This document shows, in pieces, positions 57,615 to 64,000 of a DNA stretch of 64,000 nt. The stretch spans positions 2,277 to 66,276 of the forward strand of contig JANRKK010000045.1 of the NCBI GenBank assembly GCA_033763555.1, written 5' to 3'. The stretch is from Alphaproteobacteria bacterium (GTDB lineage: Bacteria > Pseudomonadota > Alphaproteobacteria > UBA9219). Position numbers and translations under genes: made by a program. The first letter of the stretch is position 1. Every line of letters begins with the position of its first letter. The notes below the pieces were generated by a model. It was given only the letters and a program-made list of their open reading frames with translations. It was not told the DNA's origin and did no database searches.

Positions 57615-58517
57615 TCACGCAACTTGCGGCCACAGCCAGGCCGCACCGCGAACGCCGCTGCTGTCGCCATGTTTGGCGGGCCGTAAGGGCGTTTCGAGAC
57701 TGTCCGAGAATGCATATTGAGCCATGAGTGGAGGCACCAAAGTATAAAGTTCTTTCACGTTCGACATGCCACCACCCAGAACGATGACATCAGGGTCAAG
57801 AATATTTGTAAGAGCCGCCAGCGCCCGCGCCAGGCGATCAGCATAAATATTAAGACTTGTTTGGGCAGTCACCTCACCTTTAGATGCAAGCTCAACAATT
57901 TCATTACCCCTTAAATCCTGACCCGAACGCGCCTTATAATCGATACGGAATCCTGTTCCTGAAATATAGGTTTCCTGACATCCATTCTTACCGCAATAAC
58001 ATTTCGATCCGGGATATTCATCGGGCTGCATCCATGGAAGGGGATTATGTCCCCATTCGCCGCCGATGGCATTCGCGCCCCTGATCACCTCACCCTTGAC
58101 GGCAAGACCGCCGCCACAACCCGTGCCAAGAATGGCCCCGAATACGACCCGGCTGCCTTCGCCCGCGCCATCAATTGCCTCGGAAACCGCAAAACAGTTG
58201 GCATCATTCTCGACGCGCACTTCACGTTTGAGAGTCTTGGACAAATCTTGGTCAAGAGGACGGCCGTTTGTGATCGTAAGGTTGGAATTGCGCACCAGAC
58301 CTGTTTTAGGCGAAATAGACCCGGGCATACCCATGCCAATGGAAACTTGCGTATGGAGTTCGGATTCCGCTCCCGTTACAAGGGCCGCAATTTCGCGGAC
58401 AACATTTTCATAATTATCGCGCGGCGTCTTGGCACGACGACGCAGCCGTTCTGCGCCGTCGTCATCAAGCGCTATGGCCTCAATTTTCGTTCCGCCAAGA
58501 TCAATACCGATGCGCAT
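57615..58517 (-). CDS. ROK-family sugar kinase (N-acetylglucosamine kinase NagK-like)
   Basis: MRIGIDLGGTKIE... and the ROK zinc motif CYCGKNGCQE. Confidence 0.8.
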   Translation of the reverse strand: MRIGIDLGGTKIEAIALDDDGAERLRRRAKTPRDNYENVVREIAALVTGAESELHTQVSIGMGMPGSISPKTGLVRNSNLTITNGRPLDQDLSKTLKREVRVENDANCFAVSEAIDGAGEGSRVVFGAILGTGCGGGLAVKGEVIRGANAIGGEWGHNPLPWMQPDEYPGSKCYCGKNGCQETYISGTGFRIDYKARSGQDLRGNEIVELASKGEVTAQTSLNIYADRLARALAALTNILDPDVIVLGGGMSNVKELYTLVPPLMAQYAFSDSLETPLRPAKHGDSSGVRGAAWLWPQVA

Positions 58518-58537
58518 CGCGGTAACTCAAATACAGA

Positions 58538-59407
58538 TTAACGGATGGAGGGTGTCGCAGAACGCCCTAAAACTGAACGGCCCGCGGGAGAGGTATAGAT
58601 TTGCGCTTCAAAATTCGGGCGAGCATTTTTAGCCATGTCAGCTTGTAACCACATGGTCGCATGCGGCAAATCCGCCATACTGGAAATGACGATAGACGCA
58701 CCTTCGCCCAGCAAAACTTTAGCCTGTGCAGGCTTGTCCTCATAAAAGGTGGCGGCAACCGTACCAATAACGGGCGTATCAGGACGGCCAGCTTTTGCCT
58801 TTTGAACCCCCGAAGCACTGTCTTCAACAATGATCGTATCTTTTGGATTCCATCCAAGAGCACCGAAAGTTTCATCATATTTATTGGGATGGCCATAACC
58901 ACTGCGACGACGTGGTCCGGCAGGAAATATTTCAGCAAGCCTGGCATTTTCAAGTGTTTGCGCATCAACCGCGCAGTCAAGACAGATATCCATGCGTTCA
59001 GCAGGACTTGTGGTTGCCAACGCCATATTTTCGGGCCCAAACATATTACGAATTTTCATCAGCGCGGGCGTAGCCCCAGGAATAGCCTTAAGAAGTGCCT
59101 TAAAACGGCTGTTAGTTTCGAGGGTAACCAGCTCTGCGTAGGAAACGGCTACATCAACATCTTCAGGAAGCTTGTAGGCCTTTCTGATTTGATCGCGAGG
59201 TAAATTAAAATTTCGTATCAGAGTATCAACAATTCTATCCGTCGATGTCCCCGGATAAGTCCTGTAAATATAATTCTCTGGCAAATCAGCGTCAGGCTTG
59301 TAACGCAAAACCAGGACGCGTCCGCACTCATCCATGACGCGCATTGCAATATGTTCACTATCGATATTGACGCCGTCATTATCGAAGATGATATATTTAT
59401 AACGCAT
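58538..59407 (-). CDS. HAD-superfamily hydrolase (sugar-phosphate phosphatase-like)
   Basis: Motif I IIFDNDGVNIDSE. A later Asp-rich segment is consistent with a HAD core plus cap. Confidence 0.6.
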   Translation of the reverse strand: MRYKYIIFDNDGVNIDSEHIAMRVMDECGRVLVLRYKPDADLPENYIYRTYPGTSTDRIVDTLIRNFNLPRDQIRKAYKLPEDVDVAVSYAELVTLETNSRFKALLKAIPGATPALMKIRNMFGPENMALATTSPAERMDICLDCAVDAQTLENARLAEIFPAGPRRRSGYGHPNKYDETFGALGWNPKDTIIVEDSASGVQKAKAGRPDTPVIGTVAATFYEDKPAQAKVLLGEGASIVISSMADLPHATMWLQADMAKNARPNFEAQIYTSPAGRSVLGRSATPSIR

Positions 59408-59442
59408 TATTATTCCTGTGAAAAAACCAATCCCAGATCGGC

Positions 59443-60942
59443 CTAACTATACTCGATTTCAATTACTTTCCTGATTCCTTTTTCATAAATCATTGGCAGA
59501 AAGGCACAGACATGGTTAACAAAAGCAGTTTTTTCCATGACCTGTTCACCAAATACCTCTTTAACAGCCAGCAAGGGCTTGGCATCCGTTCCTGAATCTT
59601 TCGCCAGTTTTTGTAGTCGCGCGGCAAGTGGATCATTCAAAGTATAGGTTGATTTATCGTCCTGCACACCCGTCAGATAACGAAACCATGCGGCAACCAG
59701 AAGCGCCAGACCTTTGACATCCTGCCCTTTTGTCAGTCTTTCATAAACAATCGGCACAAGCTGGTTGGCGATTTTTGAGGAACCATCGGAACAAATACGT
59801 TCCCATGTATCCAGAATGGCTGGATTGGCAAAACGCTCCAGAATGGTTGTTTTATAAGGTTCCAGATCAAGCCCCGGCACGGGTGGCAAGGTCGATGTGA
59901 TTTCATCATCCATCACTTTACGCGCATAACGCGCCAAAAGTGCATCGGACGCCCCTTCATGCACATGCACAAAGCCCATGAGGAAGGCCGGATAGGCCAG
60001 AACCGTATGAATGACGTTCAGCAGGCGTATTTTGGCAAGCTCATAAGGATAAACGTCACCAACAAACTGCGCACCGACATTTTCCCATGCTGGACGACCG
60101 AGCGTGAATTTGTCTTCCAGAATCCATTGGCAGAAAGGTTCACAAACCACCAAGGCTTCATCGGTATAGCCAAACCTCTCCGTCAGGCTGACTTTGTCGG
60201 CTGCGGTCGTAACAGGCGTTATGCGGTCAACCATGGTATTCGGGAAAGCCACGTTCGCTTCAATCCAGTTCGCTAGTTTTTCATCCTGCAGGCGCGCAAG
60301 GGCGGTTACGATATCCGCTGTCTTGTGGCCATTACCGGGCAGATTATCGCAGGACAGAACGGTAAAAGGCGCAGCCCCCTGTTGCTGTCTCCAGCGCAAC
60401 GCTGCGACGATCAAACCAATAACGCTTTGCGGCTCATTCGGATTTGCCAGATCGTGCACGATGGCTGGATTTTTCTCATTCAGCTTTCCGGTTTGCGGAT
60501 TGTGGCAGTAGCCCTTTTCGGTAATTGTAAGGGACAGGATTTTAACCGCAGGATCTTCCAGACGTTTTAAAACCGCCTGCACATTACCGGGCATCAGCAT
60601 GGCTTCGCGTAAGGAACCGACGATGCGCACATCGGTGGTCTTTGGGCCCTTCATTGCCACGCTGTAGAGCGTATTTTGGGCCTGCAGCCCATCAATCAGG
60701 TTTTTGTCGGACGGCAAAGCGCCTACACCGCAAATCCCCCATGAACCGGGTTTTTGCGCCAGCGTATCATCCGTATACACCGCCTGATGCGAACGGTGAA
60801 AAGCGCCGAGGCTGACATGAACAATGCCCACAGGCACTTTCTGCCAATCATAGGCAGGCCGCTGAATAACCGAAGGGAGCGATGATAAAGTACCAGCATT
60901 CAAAGCCATAGAACTGGCTGTTTTCAAGGCTGGCCGGGTCAT
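59443..60942 (-). CDS. Mannitol dehydrogenase family oxidoreductase (long-chain polyol/aldonate dehydrogenase; mannitol 2-dehydrogenase / fructuronate reductase-like)
   Basis: N-terminal Rossmann VGIVHVSLGAFHRSHQAVYTD and 499 aa. Confidence 0.8.
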   Translation of the reverse strand: MTRPALKTASSMALNAGTLSSLPSVIQRPAYDWQKVPVGIVHVSLGAFHRSHQAVYTDDTLAQKPGSWGICGVGALPSDKNLIDGLQAQNTLYSVAMKGPKTTDVRIVGSLREAMLMPGNVQAVLKRLEDPAVKILSLTITEKGYCHNPQTGKLNEKNPAIVHDLANPNEPQSVIGLIVAALRWRQQQGAAPFTVLSCDNLPGNGHKTADIVTALARLQDEKLANWIEANVAFPNTMVDRITPVTTAADKVSLTERFGYTDEALVVCEPFCQWILEDKFTLGRPAWENVGAQFVGDVYPYELAKIRLLNVIHTVLAYPAFLMGFVHVHEGASDALLARYARKVMDDEITSTLPPVPGLDLEPYKTTILERFANPAILDTWERICSDGSSKIANQLVPIVYERLTKGQDVKGLALLVAAWFRYLTGVQDDKSTYTLNDPLAARLQKLAKDSGTDAKPLLAVKEVFGEQVMEKTAFVNHVCAFLPMIYEKGIRKVIEIEYS

Positions 60943-60945
60943 GTT

Positions 60946-62400
60946 TTAGGTTGGCGCAAGAACTGGCAATGGACCAGAACCTGATACCAACGAGCGCTCA
61001 GGATTAGTGATAAATCGTTCTGCCAAGGCAACTGCCAGCCCCTTTTCCTGGATTAAGGCGTAATCGTCAAACACCCGGTCAACAAAACTCCTTAGAACAC
61101 TAGGAGAAACTCCTTTGGCACCCGGAGTCAGAAAATCAACCAATTCCTCCGGCGTATCAATGGGATTTGTCGTTATATCTTCACCCAAAAATTCAATACC
61201 ATTCGTCTTCATGTAATTCATCCACGCCGCAATCGCAAAAGCAGAACCATCAGCTGGCAGTCCGCACTCCAGAGCTGCCGCATTAAAAAGACGCGGCACA
61301 ACTTTTGAGCAAGTAGAGACTAAAAGACGGTCAACTGTATCGGGAAGTTTGTCATTACCAAAACGCTCAAGAGTTGTGGCATGCCATTGGCTGACATCCA
61401 CATTCAAACGCACCGATAACGCATCTTCAGCTTGCTTTAAAAACTTCTCAAGATATGAGCGCAACACCGGATGCTTAGCGGTATCAATAGCTTCATGTAC
61501 AATTTGTACGCCTATGATTTTTGCCACAACCGCCAAAGCTAAATGGCCTCCATTCACAATGCCAATTTTGGCCTCTTCGTAAGGACGCGTATCGCTTACA
61601 AATTTAGCGCCCACCTCATCAAGCGGCGGACGTGTGCCCGGACTAAATCTATCTTCTATAAAAAATGCACGATGCTCTTCGGATACGATGGGGGTTCCAA
61701 CAATGACATGATGCTCATAAATATCAGCAGGAGTTCTTGGAACAATGCGATCAACCACCGAATGCGGACAGGCTACTTTTTCGGCATACTGAGCAAGTTC
61801 AGGACTCACTTCATGCGCCAACCTAACAATGGCATTACGGGTAATGGTCCCATTCCTGGGCAGATTATCAAGAGATAAAATAGTGGGATAAGGAAGATCG
61901 CGCTGTTGTCGAAGATAAAGACTTGCAACCAACCATCCCGGAACAGTTCTTACATTTTCCCAATCCTGTTTCTTTAGCGCTACAATATCGGCACTTAATT
62001 TTTCTACATCAGGCATATTTGATGCATTCAAACAGTACCCTGAATGGGTGATTGTCAGAGTTATCAGCCTTGTCTCAGGTGAAGCCATCCGCTCGATAAC
62101 GGCAGCAGGGGATTTTTGACCGCCCATAACACCCAACAAAGGCCCCAAAATATGTCGATGAATTCTTCCATTTTGAGCAATTAAAGTATACAGATGTCCG
62201 GTATCCGGAGATGGCTCCTGGTCGTCACGACATGTCGGCTTAATACCCATGACACCCCAATCTTTATAACCAAGCTCAGCCAAGTCGTGCAGATAATTGA
62301 ACAGATGCGCCCGCGCGAAATTACCCGTCCCAACATGAACAACCCCCGGCTTCAATTGAGCCGGATCATAACCGAGCATAGCTTGAGCAAGATTGTTCAT
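60946..62400 (-). CDS. Mannitol dehydrogenase family oxidoreductase, tandem paralog
   Basis: VVHVGTGNFARAHLFNYLHD and 484 aa. It is 3 nt from the neighbouring paralog. Confidence 0.8.
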   Translation of the reverse strand: MNNLAQAMLGYDPAQLKPGVVHVGTGNFARAHLFNYLHDLAELGYKDWGVMGIKPTCRDDQEPSPDTGHLYTLIAQNGRIHRHILGPLLGVMGGQKSPAAVIERMASPETRLITLTITHSGYCLNASNMPDVEKLSADIVALKKQDWENVRTVPGWLVASLYLRQQRDLPYPTILSLDNLPRNGTITRNAIVRLAHEVSPELAQYAEKVACPHSVVDRIVPRTPADIYEHHVIVGTPIVSEEHRAFFIEDRFSPGTRPPLDEVGAKFVSDTRPYEEAKIGIVNGGHLALAVVAKIIGVQIVHEAIDTAKHPVLRSYLEKFLKQAEDALSVRLNVDVSQWHATTLERFGNDKLPDTVDRLLVSTCSKVVPRLFNAAALECGLPADGSAFAIAAWMNYMKTNGIEFLGEDITTNPIDTPEELVDFLTPGAKGVSPSVLRSFVDRVFDDYALIQEKGLAVALAERFITNPERSLVSGSGPLPVLAPT

Positions 62401-62452
62401 CGCTGTTCCGCTATGACACTATGGGGGTGATGAAAAACCGCATCTGAGTGCC

Positions 62453-63451
62453 TCAGGCTACGGCTTCGGTGACGTCGCGCGGTTTCGCGCCGATGGAAAT
62501 CAAATGATAGGCAGCCGTATTGTTGGCGCCACGCAGAATATCCATCAAGGTTGCAGAGGTCAGGTTTTCAACATCCTGCTGCGTCAGGCAGCTTTTTCTC
62601 GCAAACTCGATGGTCAGTCCGGCATTGAAGTTATCGCCCGCACCAACCGTATTATAGACAACAAGATCAAGCGATTTGGCTTCAGCACTGACTTTCTTTG
62701 TATAGGCTTCAGAGCCATGCATGCCTTTGGTAAACACGGCCATGCTGGCGCCCTGAGCCAGCCAGATTTCAGCAACCTGCTTCGGCGTCATGTCCGGATA
62801 GGCCCATGCAATATCCGCATCGCTTGCCTTCATCACATGGGCGATACTGGCCCACTCCAGAACGATCTTACGGTATTGCTCTCTGTCACGGGCAATGGAT
62901 GGTCGCGTGTTCAGATCATAAAACACCAAAGATTCTTGGCGCTGCTTGCGCGCAAACTCTAGCCAGGCAAATCGCGCAGGCTCCATAACCGTTGAGATCG
63001 AACCAAAACAGCAAATCTTTTTATCACCGCCGGTTTCGAGCTTTTGTGGCAAATCTTCAATTTTTGTCATTTGCTCGGCGGTATCACGACCGTAGAAGGA
63101 AAAACTGTTCTCCTGTCCCGGACGAACCGAGACAACGGCCAGCGTTGTATTACGCTCAACCCGTTTAATCGCAGAAGTATCGATTTTAGAATCCTGGAGG
63201 GTCTTAAAAAAACGCTCCCCGAACATATCGTTGGAGAGCGGACCTACAAAACCTACTTTGACATCCATGCCTTCGCGCTTAACGGCCTTAGACGCGCCCA
63301 TGGCGCCATGAAATTGCGAACCGCCGAGCAGCAGACGAAAATCGCCAGACCCCTGGTTCTGTTCCAGAAGATCGGCAACAAACTCCCCACAAAAGAAAAC
63401 CCGAACGGCCATTCGAATTCTTTCCTTCGGTGCCAGACACAAAACCGACAT
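62453..63451 (-). CDS. PfkB-family carbohydrate kinase (fructokinase/ribokinase-like)
   Basis: GAGD motif (NTVGAGDNFNAGLT) and a ribokinase-like fold. The true start may be the internal Met at 63412. Confidence 0.8.
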   Translation of the reverse strand: MSVLCLAPKERIRMAVRVFFCGEFVADLLEQNQGSGDFRLLLGGSQFHGAMGASKAVKREGMDVKVGFVGPLSNDMFGERFFKTLQDSKIDTSAIKRVERNTTLAVVSVRPGQENSFSFYGRDTAEQMTKIEDLPQKLETGGDKKICCFGSISTVMEPARFAWLEFARKQRQESLVFYDLNTRPSIARDREQYRKIVLEWASIAHVMKASDADIAWAYPDMTPKQVAEIWLAQGASMAVFTKGMHGSEAYTKKVSAEAKSLDLVVYNTVGAGDNFNAGLTIEFARKSCLTQQDVENLTSATLMDILRGANNTAAYHLISIGAKPRDVTEAVA

Positions 63452-63883
63452 TAAGTGACAAAAGAAAAACCCAAGTAATACCGTCTGCCCTTACTTGGAT
63501 TTTTAGCAATAAAACCTTGAATAATCATGCGGTTAAATTGCCCTATGTCCTTGATTCTGATGATAGGTTTGAAAGTATATATGGTCAATATAAACTACAT
63601 TGTGCAATGCAATAAAAACTGCGCCTAGATTTTACAAACTAAGGAAAATTCGGTTTTTTAACTCTATCGGTTAACCAATTAACTTAATCAATACATAGGG
63701 AAAGCAACACGACTCGGCGCGAGCTTTAAACTTACCCACAGAGTTATTCCTGCCCTGCCCCAATCAAAAAAATAGTCTCGTGATGCCTGAATCGCTCCGG
63801 GACGCGTCGGTTGTTTTGGGTGGGTCGCTTTGCTATATCCTGTCTCGCCTTATTCCCTGAGAATCAGGCCCACGGTCAAAACC

Positions 63884-64000
63884 ATGAATCTCCGCATGAA
63901 ACGGCGCCGTCTCTATGAAGGCAAAGCCAAGGTTCTTTTTGAAGGGCCTGAGCCCGGCACGCTTGTGCAATATTTCAAGGACGATGCCACCGCCTTCAAC
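63884..64000 (+). CDS. purC: Phosphoribosylaminoimidazole-succinocarboxamide synthase (SAICAR synthetase), 3' end truncated by the window edge
   Basis: [33 protein letters not shown] is the canonical PurC N-terminus. Confidence 0.85.
   Translation, partial: MNLRMKRRRLYEGKAKVLFEGPEPGTLVQYFKDDATAFN

Overview
This window is an alphaproteobacterial chromosomal segment. Coding GC is about 55-60%, and the sugar/polyol gene content suggests an acetic-acid-bacterium-like lifestyle, though the organism is not established. It is dominated by a roughly 22 kb Wzy-dependent exopolysaccharide/surface-polysaccharide locus (1603-23740).

That locus contains:
- a WbaP-like priming transferase
- a Tat-signal GH10 glycanase
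- a short Wza-like OPX protein next to a separate beta-barrel OMP
- a Wzc-like tyrosine autokinase, two Wzy/ligase-like membrane proteins, and a PPP-family phosphatase
- a MurJ-family flippase, WecB/TagA and GT2 transferases, two acyltransferase-3 genes and a fabD paralog
- a GH5 glycanase and UDP-xylose synthase

After the locus come tRNA-fMet, an NRAMP transporter with a terminator-like leader hairpin, and tRNA-Gly. Next is a lipid-A remodelling trio (LAB_N small protein, GT39 ArnT-like transferase, PAP2 phosphatase). Then come pcm, a rhodanese, a YibQ-like deacetylase, rplM-rpsI, the dTDP-rhamnose operon rfbCBDA, miaA, tatABC, serS, an NlpD-like M23 peptidase, trpC, pip and xerD. Further downstream are aroK-aroB, an OmpR/EnvZ-like two-component pair, a sugar/polyol cluster (ROK kinase, HAD, two tandem mannitol-dehydrogenase-family genes, PfkB kinase) and the start of purC.

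Several short low-GC islets (about 43-47%) interrupt this backbone and carry unannotatable genes:
- a tandem 22-aa-repeat protein (3224-3688)
- an XRE regulator, hypotheticals and a three-fold 85-aa-repeat protein (29670-31617)
- an orphan at 35067-35660
- a DEDDh-exonuclease-like gene with an unknown partner (56599-57595)

These islets, the bipartite OPX/beta-barrel export pair and an unusual TTGCTAG repeat palindrome upstream of rfbCBDA are the most interesting leads. No CRISPR array, IS element or integrase other than xerD was seen.
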